NCBI RefSeq assembly: GCF_001194135.2
Contig: NC_069003.1
Coordinates: 12,459,470-12,523,469 of the forward strand
Direction of reading: 5' to 3'
Source of the DNA: Octopus bimaculoides
Lineage: Eukaryota
Length of the DNA stretch: 64,000 bases
Shown here: in pieces, positions 14,300 through 26,779 of the stretch
Layout: each line of letters begins with the position of its first letter
Numbering within the stretch: the first letter of the stretch is position 1
Notes under the pieces: generated by a model
The model's input: the letters and a program-made list of their open reading frames with translations, nothing else
Told to the model about the DNA's origin: nothing
Database searches by the model: none
Program-made: the position numbers and the translations under genes

Positions 14300-14349
14300 A
14301 AGCTGGTCAAACTAAGCTACGCGTTCTACTCGCTTCATCCGTGTGGCAG
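14300..14349 (+). other. STMN: Putative non-coding first exon (5' UTR) of stathmin; start coordinate approximate
   Basis: Lies just downstream of the CCAAT/CRE cluster and ends at CAG|GTATTG (donor 14350). The next acceptor used would be tctatttcag at 21640. The TSS is not determinable. Confidence 0.5.
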
Positions 14350-16352
14350 GTATTGTTGGAGGTTTGTTATTTTTTCCACAATCCTTAATTTATTATATAC
14401 ACATACAACCATACACACACGTTTATACATACATTACAGAGAATCCCTTATGTTTTTCACTAATTTCAAAGACATACATTAAGAGGGAGAGACAATACAA
14501 TGTGATGTTACTTTTTTAATTAATATGTCCAACCACTATTTTCTATTCGATACTTAATAAGCTTCGTTTCTTTATTTTAAATGCGGCATTTTGTAAATAT
14601 ATGCACCTTCAGAAATAATATAACACATACACATATTTTATTGCATATCTGTTCTAGATCTTTCTATATATATATATATACGACTCTCATCTCTGTCCTA
14701 CATCCCAGCGCCCTGCTTCCTCTCTAAACCACAAGGCCCTGCCATTTCTCCCCCCCACTTTATTTTGATGTCGTTGTTACCCACCCTCCTCATTTTCAAT
14801 ACTTACACACACACACACCTTATATATATATATATATGTATGTATATATACACACACATACACGTGTGTGTGTGTGCGTGCGTGCGATATGTCTGTCTCA
14901 CCATGCTCTGAAAATCAGAATGATGAGCAAGGGATATTGTACCCCCACTTTTTTTTTTAATTTACTATTCCCATCTCCATTCCATTAGCGCCTTATTCCA
15001 GCCCCTCCACCCAATCACTTCATTTTCACCTAATTCGTAACCCTTAACTGTTCTGTTTTCATAATCATTCCTCATCTATAGATGTAAAATTAAACGGGGT
15101 GGTCATTGCTGGAAGCACCCCTAATCATAGATTTGTGTTCTGGTTCGGGGTTGCGTAGGTTTAAACGATAAATGTGTGCTTTCATTTGAAGTTGTAGAAA
15201 ATAGCTTCTCTTTATTCTTCTTCCTCTTTGGCGCCCTTCTTGTCGTCTCCTTCTCCCTGCAATTTATGTCTCTGCCCAGAAAGAATGAGGACAGCCTCTG
15301 GTGGGAAACCAGACAAACTAGAAATAACAATCCAGTCTTTCTTTTACACTCCCTAACGTTTTATAAAAATTTTTAAAAAAAGGGACCTTGGACAATGCAA
15401 CTCCTGATTTATAAAGACAAGAACATTTTTTTCTCTTTAATATGGTCATGTTGATCAGCTAAACAATAATATAAACCATATTTTTCTCTGATATTACTTT
15501 AATATGGCACCACTATCCCTTTTTGTTTCTGTCCCTTTGCCTGTTTTATTNNNNNNNNNNNNNNNNNNNNNNNNNNNNNNNNNNNNNNNNNNNNNNNNNN
15601 NNNNNNNNNNNNNNNNNNNNNNNNNNNNNNNNNNNNNNNNNNNNNNNNNNNNNNNNNNNNNNNNNNNNNNNNNNNNNNNNNNNNNNNNNNNNNNNNNNNN
15701 NNNNNNNNNNNNNNNNNNNNNNNNNNNNNNNNNNNNNNNNTATCTATTTGTCAGCACAGTATATCTAAGGGCTAAGGTATGGTATGATTTGAAGGAGTCA
15801 TCATTGACTGCTTGTATTTTCAGCAGATCTAGCGTTATTGTTTTGGTTGATGTTAGTGGTTTAATTGCATTTGCGTCGCTGTAAAATCGTTTCCATGGTG
15901 TAGAATGACAAACAGTAACATTGAAACGAATGAAATAAAATTAACATGAAATCGGTGTCGAAAAAGTAAAAAAAAAAAAACCCAACTTAGGAACAACCAC
16001 AAAAAGTATGGGGAAGATATTAATGTCTTCCCTAGTGTCACCATCTTCCTCTTTTAATATTCTTCGTCTTTCGTTATCATCTCATCCACTTAATATCCCA
16101 ATTATGAATACATTCATTGACTATATATTTGTATGCGAGAAAGAGGGAGATAGTGTTGCTACCACCCCCGCTTTTTTAGCCCCAAGTTAGCAGGAGTCAA
16201 AAGCCTTTCACCCCTGATCATCTTTGTTTTTTCTCCTTTTTTACTTTTTATTCAATTAGTGAATCTAGGAGTTACTTTTTTTTTAAATAGTTGGCTCTAT
16301 AGATTATTATGTGTATGTATATGTTATTTGGTTGGCAATTATATGTTACGAT

Positions 16353-16387
<35 letters not shown>

Positions 16388-19300
16388 TTCAGTTATAAAA
16401 GCAATTCATCTGATGGGTTACTCTATACCTTTGTATACACACACATACATAGATGGGATGGAAAGCAGACGTTGAGTGATGAATGAAATATGTAAAATGT
16501 ATACACACGCAAATAATAAATACGCAAATGCATTAATGTGTGTTTCAGATATATATATATACATATATATATATCACACACATCCAGACATACACTGACG
16601 CTAGTATAAGCCGCTATACCGGCATGTAGTTGCGGATGAATATAATGTATGTGTATATATTCATGTCATTTATTTTTTACTAATTTCTCATGCGCATTTT
16701 TTACAAGGTGTAATGTATGTCTACGTGTGTACACACATATACACAAGTCATTTTCTGTGTCCATAAATGTATAATATCTTTGTTTGTAATATACAATTTG
16801 TGTATATGGAATATATAATCACATGTGACATTATCATAATGTAATTTATGTGTAATTGTATTTGTTTTTTATTTTTTAATGCGTTAATGATTCAGTGATG
16901 AAGAGAGTATTTGATAAAGCAACTGTTTACTTCTTGTTGGTATCAGTTTCGATCCTCAGTCGCCACTCCTTTATCGTCAAAATAAAATGAAAATCCCGGG
17001 ACTTTTTAGATTAGAGAAAGAGCGGGTTTCAATAATAAACCCCGCCACTATTCATTTTTGTGGCATGCTCTCTCTCTCTTCTCTTCTCCCTGCAAACCCC
17101 ATACAGCTTCGTGCCTATGCAAGACGTTTGTTATTGTACGAAGAGGGGAAAGGGGTATATGGAAGGAGGGAGGGTTTGTGTGCTGAGAGACAGGAGAAGA
17201 AAAGTAGGACATGGTTTAACCGTCTCCGCGAATTGAATTTGTGGTGGTGGTTGTGGTGGGCTGATAATTGCGCGCCATCTCTCTCAAACGCGCACAGACC
17301 GACCTAACCCCCTCTCTCTGTTTTCTTTTAACTGCGTCCTCTATATAAATATGTGCACACATACGTATCAATGTGTGTGTGTATGTATATGTTTCTCCCT
17401 CCCTCCTGTCATTTAATATCTCTAATCTTGCTTGACCTGTCTATTCTCCATTTTTCGTTGTCCTCTCTGTTCCTCCTATTCTACCTTATGTATAAATCCC
17501 CAACCATCATCTCTCCTCTCTTGTGTATACATGTTTGTTTGCGCGCGTATAGACTTATATATGTGCCCACTGATATGTTGAGAGATAGCTAATGGCAAGA
17601 CCCTTGTGGTTCTAATCAACCTCCATCGAAATCATGTGATGATAATATTATCAGTTACCGGGCTTTAATGACACCACGTTTTCTCCCACTGAAATCACCC
17701 CACTGGTTCTGTCCCTGTCTTCATCACCTTCCGTTCGTGATGGGAGTTCATTTATGTAACTTGTAATGTTTATTTAAATTACTTTCGCTTTCGAATGTGG
17801 GTATGTAGAGGGGTTTGAAGAGAAGTGTCCTCATGAAGTAAGAACATCATGTGACACATTATTTTATTGAATCGGTTGGTTTCAACGGTTGACATCTCAT
17901 TCGTGACGTCTTCATATATTAAGAATCAAAGGAAAACAAGGAAAAATAATATAAGCTCCACCGTCTTTACACCTCAATCTAACTCTTTAGAAGAAAAGTA
18001 TGTTAAGGGAAGATGGTGCAAACTAAATCAGCTTTTGACTTTGGTGACATCGTTAATAACTATGACTAATAATTATATTAATGTATGATGTAGTATCAAC
18101 TAATTCCCTGTGGTAGTTGCTTCAACAATACTCACGTCGCTATCTCTTTTACGCTACGACCAGCGTCACTGCCTCCCATCCACAACGATTGTCTTAGGAC
18201 ACTACTTATGAATGATAACCGTTTCCTGTTCCATTGTACACCCCTTTTATTAAATTCCATCACATCCCCAACGCCATCCCCGCTTTCTATGACTGAGTTT
18301 GTGTCGTTTGAACTGGGTCTTTCATGTGATTTCTTTCATCTTTACCCCCTCCCCCACCTCTTTTCTCTTTGGTGGTTGCTTTGACTACACTCGGGTGTGG
18401 TAGGAGATGAGATCTGCCGGCAGCAGACCAGGCGAATCATCTAATATAGTAGCAGTAGTGGAGGTGGTGGCGATAAGGTAGAGGATGGCTCACCGATCAA
18501 TATTTGTAGTCTGGAGTTTGGATTGAACCAAGATGTTAATTATGCTTTCATCAAACGAGTTGCAGCTTTTTTTCCTGCTTCTCTTCCTTCTTCAGACTCA
18601 ACAACAACCTGGTGATGGGTCAGCAGTTACCTCTTCTCACAACGTTCTGGACATTCACCAGACTCGCACTATAACGATTTAACGCCAGTCCTACATCAGT
18701 TAAACTCTCCGACTTTCCACCTGTGGTCATTTAAAGAGTAGAGAGGCTGATATAATATTAATATTATTATTAATAATGATAATAAAGACAGTAGCAATGT
18801 GATGCAGTATATTAAGTCTGGAGGCAAAAGACATGACTTGCTATTTCTCTAAACAATTCTCTTGCGTCTTGCCTTCAAGACAACTTTGATGTAACAAGTT
18901 CCCAGCTAAAATTCGAATTAGGGTCAGCTAAATAAATTAACACCAGCACACTTTTAGTAATTCGATTTGATGAAAAATATTTCGTTTAAATTTTATAAAT
19001 TTAAAATTGTGTTATCCATTAACTTATTGGATTTTTTAAAACCATTTTCTTGACCCTGACCAAAATGTTGGTAGGGTCAAGTTGACCTTTAGTTGTTCAA
19101 TAGAGAGAAATGGTAACCATGTGTATTGCTCAGGTTCCCATTGCTGTATCGGTAAATGGGTGTGGAATCGCAAGAAATTATGATAGATTATGATTTTTCT
19201 TTTTATAAATTTGCATAATTTCTGTTTAATTAGCAGAACTACGAGCCAATTTCAATTACATATATACATAAGTGTGTGTGTGTATATATGTATATGTATA

Positions 19301-21713
19301 TATACACACACACGCATATATATATATATATATATATACCCTTCAAGAATTTCTTCAATGAGTCACGAGGTTTCTTTGGCTCAAAATTTTATTCTCCTCT
19401 CCCACCCACTTTTTTTTTCTGTCTAGGTCTTTGCTGCTACAAAAGTGCATTGCCTATTGGCAGCGGCGTTAGGCTTTTATTGATTGTGACATTGAAAACA
19501 GTTTTTAGCTTTTAGTTGCAGTCACATCTCTCTACTTATGTTAATTGTGCAGCTCTGGCTAGCAGAGAACTGCAGCCTGCTGATGTTTCTCCCTCGTCGT
19601 CTCTATCTCTGCCACTAATTCCATGACAGAAGCTTCCATAAATTGTACCGTGTTACATGTGTGTGTGTATATCTTGAGTATAGGCTGGTCCTGCCCTGCC
19701 AGGATAATGCATTCTTATACTTTATTTTCTCAATTTAATGATGATAATAATAATGTTAGCTCATATTAAAAAGTGGTGGGTTGCCAATTGATGGGATTTT
19801 ATTTTGCGGGGTAGAATTCACTGAATATATTTAAAAATAGCAACTAAAAGTTTTGACTCAATCTTAAAATCCTGGTTTCTAATTTTAGTTGACAAAATGT
19901 AGCCATAGTTGAGTATTTTACATTTGTTTTCTGACTCCTTGGCCTTGCCTATGGAACTTGATCTTACCTGTGAGATTTGATCTTTGAAATGTTTACTGTG
20001 GGTCCTAGTGTTGAGCCTTGTGCCAATGATGCCTTGTGGTCAATGTTTTGCCATTGAGACTTAATGCACAGTCAGTTGCTTGTGGGGTCTGATGCTGAGC
20101 CTTGTGTCAATGAGGCCATTGCTTGTAGTCCTAATGTCTTAGTACCAGTGCAGCCTCATACTGAAACCTGTTGCATTTAGGACCTTGATACTTTACCTGT
20201 TGTCTGGAGTCATGGATCCTTGGTCAGCTACCACTAGAATTTGATCCATGGCCTGCTATCAATGTATAATTGTCCTGCATTTACTAATTAAATGATTTCA
20301 CCTGTAAAATGTTTAATAGTTGACAGTTGTATACATTATTGTGCTGTAAATGACTTAAAGCTATAAACTTTGATTCTCCCATTGGTATGTTGTCTATCAT
20401 TGTGTGTGTGTGTGACAATATCTGATTGGAATGAGACTAGTGTTGATGTGCTCCTAAGAATAACTGTGTTGACAATTCAAAGTTGACTCCCAGCAGCAAA
20501 GTCCATCTCACAAAACTGAATGCCAACTTTCTCTTCCTTCCCCTCTTCATTGATGATTCCTACATTTCTCTTGAAATAGTCTGCATTTTTTTCAACTAAT
20601 TTTGAAAATAATGAAGAATTTCGTAAAAATAACAGTCATTATTAAGCTGGTGTTGAGGACATAAACATGACATTTTTGTGGAAGAGGGTTTAATTTTGAT
20701 CACTTTAAAATGTAATGGTTTGTATGATAGAATGGGGATGGGGTGGGGGCAGTTTCAGGTTGGTTGCTTTAAAAAAGGGTTAATAAGAGATTATACTTTT
20801 GTGGGATGCTACCTCTTGTGTGTTATATGTGAATTGATTGCAGTTATTAGTGTAAATGTATGTTATGCGTTTGGGGAGTCAAAAACCTCATAAGAAATGT
20901 CCACCATTTACCCTCTCTGTGATGAAGATTCAACTATTGCATACATTTAATTGCGTGTATGTGTTCGTGGTCTGACTAGAAAGTGGTTAAGGTGAGGGTT
21001 GTTTGTTGTTCACCTATCTCTACAAATTACAAGTATCACATGAGCTGTCAAGTGGCAGGAGAGGGGTTGTTGGAAAGAGATTCCCTTTCCTTTTGATTAA
21101 TTCATGTGTTGAAATGTATGTCATTGGTAATTAAAAAGACGAAGAAGAAAAAAAAAGAAACTATTTGCTTGTGACAGCCAGCAATATTCCATTGGTTCAT
21201 GTTTGTCTAGAAACTGACCATATCCTGGTAGTGTCTAGCAGAATGCTTATTCTTCTCTGCTCCTAAATTATCCATCACTAGGTACGGCAGATTGTGTGCA
21301 CAGGTCTAAAATGTAAAGTGTAGTTCAGCTGTTGTAAGCTATTTGTCATCAAGTGTTGTAAAGCTGCATCTACTAGATTTGATGCAGGCCTGCTTTGGTT
21401 GTTGCTGCTACTACTACTACTGCTGCTGCTGCTAGTTAAATCAATATGCCCATCATTACGTCAGACTTGAGAAAATCTTGCCAACTGCAGCAGCATTACT
21501 CATAGGGGCTTCTATTTGTCAGGCTGCAGCTATCCAGCTACATCACTGGAACACTTTATAGGATATATTACACTGAGATGTTCAGCTACCGGACTCTCGT
21601 CGTGACTGCCTCTTGCTAAGCCTCCCGTATTCTATTTCAGCTGGACCGAAGGAAGACTAAAAGTGAATAGTTATTAGTGCCTTCAGTGTGACTGCTTCCT
21701 TTTAACTAAAGAC

Positions 21714-21723
21714 ATGTCTGCAG
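21714..21723 (+). CDS. STMN: Stathmin start-codon exon, coding part ATG TCT GCA G (MSA + phase 1); exon probably 21641-21723
   Basis: aaagacATGTCTGCAG|gtaaga is a strong donor. Its phase 1 matches the phase-1 acceptor at 29358 (G+AA = Glu). Upstream acceptor tctatttcag at 21640, with an in-frame stop before the ATG. Confidence 0.8.
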
Positions 21724-23393
21724 GTAAGAACAGCTTTCTATTACTTTATTATCTGTAACATTTTTATAATATATACTAAATTTTTCCTTTGACTAAAGAA
21801 CGGCTGTTTATTATTTATGATTTAAGACACTGTTTTACTAAATGTAAGAACATCTACTGTCAATGGTTGTTTTATTTTTTAGTTCAATCTGTCAGTCTGG
21901 GTGTGTTTGTATATTTTTCAATGATCAATTTGCTATGATTTCATTCAACCAAAGCCATGTTATTAACATAAAATATTCACTTTTCTCAACCTATTCTTCT
22001 CATCTGCCTTTTTCCTTCTTTCTCACCTGTCTATTTTCCCCATTTCATTCCCTATCCTTTTTCACTTCTAGTTTCTCTTTCGACTTTTTCTTCTCATTCC
22101 TTCTTCTCTTTCTTTACCTTTTTTTTCTTCTTCATCTGTTTCTCTTTCTTGACTAATCTCCTAATTAACTGGTGGTCATTTTTAAAATTTTAAATGACTA
22201 ACTCTTTTCATTTCAGCTACTAACCCTTAAACACAATCATTGTTTTAGCTCTAATCCATTCTCATGTTGCATTAAATCTTTCTAATCCACTTGTTAAACC
22301 CTTTCTATTAGTCCCTCCTTCTGTAAAAGAGAGATGGCAGGTTCTTATTTCTCCCTCTTGCAAATTTCCATTCCAACTGCAGTAAGCAGCAAGTCTTGAA
22401 ATAGATTCGACACTGTCTGTCGGTGCTAAGGAATGGTTTTATTGATTTCATGTGGCTAGGAGTATCTCTAGTCTGCAGCTTATCAAGAAATACTATTGTG
22501 GATGGTGAATGCTGATTGTCACCCTGCCGCGGCGGCTATCTTCTCCCACATTCTACCATTAACCGGCTTTATCAAGAAATCTATTCAGAAAAATATTTAG
22601 CATCTTAGTTCATTAGCCACGCAACTGCCTTTTATTAATTAAAGCCTAGATGTGAATAGGATTTGAAGAAAATATATATATTGAGAAAAAAATAAATAAC
22701 ATGCATTTGAAATATGTTAAACTTCAGATTGTAATCTTTTTTCAGCTTCTGATATTAAGGGTGGGAAACGGTTAAGAGATTGTTGTTGCTTGCTTTATTT
22801 TCTTTTTTCACTTTTTCTCCATATAATGTGTGTGTGTGTGTGCGCGCGCGAAGGTGTATATGTGTGTGTGTGTGTGCGCGAAGGTGTNNNNNNNNNNTGT
22901 GTGTGTGTGTGTGCGCGAAGGTGTATATATATATATATGTGTGTGTGTATGTTTGTGCATGCTAAGGTGTATGCGCGCATGCGAAGGAGTGTGTGTGTAT
23001 ATTAATATATATATGTGTGTGTATTTGATAGCTTCTTGGCTTTTTAACTGACTCATTTACTAATCAGCTTGATTGGTATGGCAGTCCACACCCACCTCTG
23101 TGTGTATCTTTTGTGTGACTTGAAATTTATATTTTTTCATCTCAAATAATTCCGTGTTGTTTTTTTTGTTCAATTTTTCTCTTGATTTTTTTCTTGTGAA
23201 TGTTTTTTTTTTCTGTGTATGTGTAAAATTTTAGTCAAAGCTTTTGAGGTGCTTTCTTTATTTGATTAAAACTGTTCTTTCTAACCTAACAAACTTCTAA
23301 CAATGATGAAGATAATAATAATTAAGGTGTAACAGTTGTCATTTTGATAACTAACCTACTGCTACCTGCCTTTCATTTATTATAGTCATTGCT

Positions 23394-23429
<36 letters not shown>

Positions 23430-24465
23430 CAATGTGAAGCTTCTCTCCACTTTGCTTGCTACAGCCTTCCCTAAATGAGCATTTCTGTATCTACTCTATA
23501 TGGGTGAATTAGCTTACTAATTAATAAAACTATAAAAATCCTTATTCACTAATAATATTAAGTTCTCAAAGAACTGATCCTTGTCTTAACAGCAGTGTAT
23601 CATCATTATTATTATTATACTTAGTGTCATTCATTGCAGCTAGGTAGTGGCAGCACTTCATCTCATTGAGCCGAACCTCTTGTAACGTCGTCAGAAACTT
23701 TCATCTTACAGTGAAGTAGCTCCTCTACTAGTTAGTTTCTGTTGATGATGATACTGACAATCAGCATAGTGCTGAGAAAAGAGAAATTTTGCCAGTGTAA
23801 ATCACTAATTAGAAACGTGATTTTTGTCAGATCTTCGTTTTTCTCAAATCATTTTGTGGGTTTTTGTTTTTAGTTTTATTTTCTTCAATGATTAATTGAT
23901 GTTTTAATTTGGGTATTTAAAATATTTTTCAGTGGGCTTTTTTTTACTATTATTTTTTACTTCAATGGAAACATTAAAACGAAAAGCTAACTAGTTTAAT
24001 TTTAAATAGAAAAATGTGATGAGAAGATTTTGTATTTTGTTTGTATTTAAGATTTAAAACTGACTCTCTCTCTCTCTTTCCCCACCCCTGTCTAACTTCT
24101 AAAAATTTATTCCTTGCCCTGATAGCTGAGGCTGGTTTCTTCAGAGTGACACAGACCCCACCCAGCCATTTGCTATATTAAAAGATGCACTTGTTTGTGA
24201 TCTCTCTCTCTCTCTCTCTTGCCCTTTATCCTCTCATAGTTCTGCGTTTTTATCAAACTTGCACATTTGGCTTACCATTTCTCTCCAGAAATTAAGCCTT
24301 CATAAGCTTTTTTTTTTTTGCCTCCCCCCTCTTGTCTTGATATCTAAAATACATTACATACACATATATATTTCTCTTCTCTTTTTTAAAACCTTTTTCT
24401 TTTTTCTTTTGCCTTTTCCTAATCTATGATTATGCCTCTCTATTTAATGGTGTTTTTTCCTGCAG

Positions 24466-24570
24466 TCTGCAAGTGGATAAGTGGTTTCTGTATATGGGAA
24501 AATCACAAAAAAATTCAGCATCAAGTCCATCCTGATCAGCAACCATTTGATGCCCTTATAATATGGAGAG
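24466..24570 (+). CDS. STMN: Candidate alternative cassette exon of stathmin (35 codons, VCKWISGFCIWENHKKIQHQVHPDQQPFDALIIWR)
   Basis: Acceptor gtgttttttcctgcag| with a tttaat branch-like motif. 105 nt, phase 1 in and phase 1 out, open in the stathmin frame. The donor GAG|GTAGAG is weak. Confidence 0.55.
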
Positions 24571-25251
24571 GTAGAGTTAAGATGTCAGCTTTTAGCCTCC
24601 GTCTCCATTGTTTTAGTTGCAACTTTTTTATTTTAGAAACTTTCGATGTTGTTCATTTATGGCACCAGTTCCCATAATTTTTGTGAAACGTTTGTCATTA
24701 GTTCCATGGCCAGTCCATTGCACGATTTAATTTTCTGTGTGTTTTAAATATAATTTATATTCAGTTCCTATTTTAGCATTGCATTTTACCATTTTTGATT
24801 CCTGCATGTCCTCTTGTTTTTCAGTTTCTTTTTCCTTTAAGTTCTTAATTAACACTTGCTCCCAACCCCTCTCCTATCTTGTCTCTCTCCTGAATTCACT
24901 CTGGTTTGAAAAATTCCACACAATCCATCAACTGTTGCACTTTTTTTTTCTGCTTCCTTAGTGACCCTTAGTCCCACCACACATCTGTTTTAAGAGATAA
25001 GTGTAAAACCCCATGTTTTAGGCTTTGTTTTTTCTTCTACCTGAAATATTTGTAGAATGGTGAAAAGGTGAAAAAGTTTTCACTTGACTAACTTGAAAAA
25101 AGAAATGAAAAGAAAAAGGCCCTCAAACAAAATTAGCAAGAGCCACAAAAACTGGATTTTTTTTCTTGTAGAATAAGGGATACATTGTTAATCCCTGAAT
25201 CCTTTCAGGAGTTTGTTCTGCTAGATTTTAATCCCTTACCAGCAAATTAAA

Positions 25252-25400
25252 GTGGTTGGCATTAGGAAGGGCATCCAGCTGTAGAAACTCTGCCAAATTA
25301 GATTGGAGCCTGGTGTTGCCATCCGGTTTCACCAGTCCTCAGTCAAATCGTCCAACCCATGCTAGCATGGAAAGCGGACGTTAAACGATGATGATGATGA
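25252..25400 (+). mobile_element. 5'-truncated RTE-tail element ending in (GAT)n
   Basis: About 133 bp nearly identical to 1379-1512 (4 mismatches by eye). Confidence 0.85.
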
Positions 25401-26779
25401 TAACAGTATTTCACTGATATTTGCTGTTGCTGGAAACCAAATTAAGTTAAACGTATCTATATGCACACGCGCATGCACACACACACAAACAAACACATGC
25501 ACACACACACACAAACACACTGGTATATCGCTACACGAAACGGCTCTCTCTTTGAGTGAGGTGCAGTATACAATTTATGCTGACACCAATAATGATAATT
25601 AAATGTACTAAATACGACTCTCTGGCCTCACCCATTATTTTCCTCTCCACTCATATCTATCATAACCTCACCCACTGTTGGCTATTTCAACTAGATACTT
25701 GCACATAGTCTTAAATGTTTGCTATTTTGCCAGTAATTTTTTCCTTTGAAAAAAAAAACGAAAAAAAACAGTAAAACAATTCTTCTTTCAGAAACCTGCG
25801 AAATTATATTTAAAAAAAAAAAAAAAAATGAATTTTTACTCTGTTCCTGTTTGCCGTTAACTTTCAGATTAGTCTTCTAATTTTTACGTCTGTAGCGCTG
25901 CCTTTTTTTCTCTTTCTTTTGCTGTAATCAAATCTTTATTGTAATAATACTGAAAATATTGATGACTTTTTGGATTAAAGCTGAGTGGCCGCTTAATACC
26001 TTTGTGACTGAATCTGAATAGATTCATGAACATGAGTCATGCTCTTAAGCTTGTATCATCATACACTGTTGAACTAAACCTTAATCCAGAAAAATCTTAT
26101 ATCTAGTGTTTCCCTAATATATTTTGATTATTTTATATATTTTTTCCCCCTCTGAATACATGATGTTTTCTTAATTTACATCATGGTTTCGATATATTTT
26201 TCTGTTCATTATAATCCAATGATTTCTTGTGTTCACATTTTGATGATGACGATGACCTCATAAATGTGGTCGTCAGAAGACTTGTTTTGTCTTTTTTAAG
26301 CAGACCTGGACAATTTAGGTATTTAATAATTTTAATAACAGTCATAATGAATAAAGAAATTAATGTCATTGTTTAATGATTTGCTTTAACTAAAAGAATT
26401 GCATAAATTAATTTGAAACAATCTGGTTCATTGCAGTAAAATGGTTATATACAAGTATGTAGTTAGATTCTTATAGATTGATTTAAATATGTATTTATCA
26501 TTATTTGTGTGTGTGTGTTTTCAGCCATATATTGAAAAACTGCTTCTTGTCTGATCACCAATGTTAAGCACCATTTTGCCTATTTAGTGCTTAACTGGGT
26601 AACTATTTGGGAAAACATAAGTGAGGGTACTGTGAGGAAATCCTTTGGTTTTTAATATCGATACTCTGGCATGGCTGCAGTCTATGGCGCAAACACATAT
26701 ACATACCTTTGCGTGTGTGTATATATATATATATGTAATGTATGTATGTATGTATGTATGTATGTATGTGTGTGTGTGT

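Noticed and set aside
16941-16963. Minus-strand CTGAGGA-TC-GAAA hammerhead-core-like string
   Set aside because: No room for stem II and no stem I pairing; chance match.
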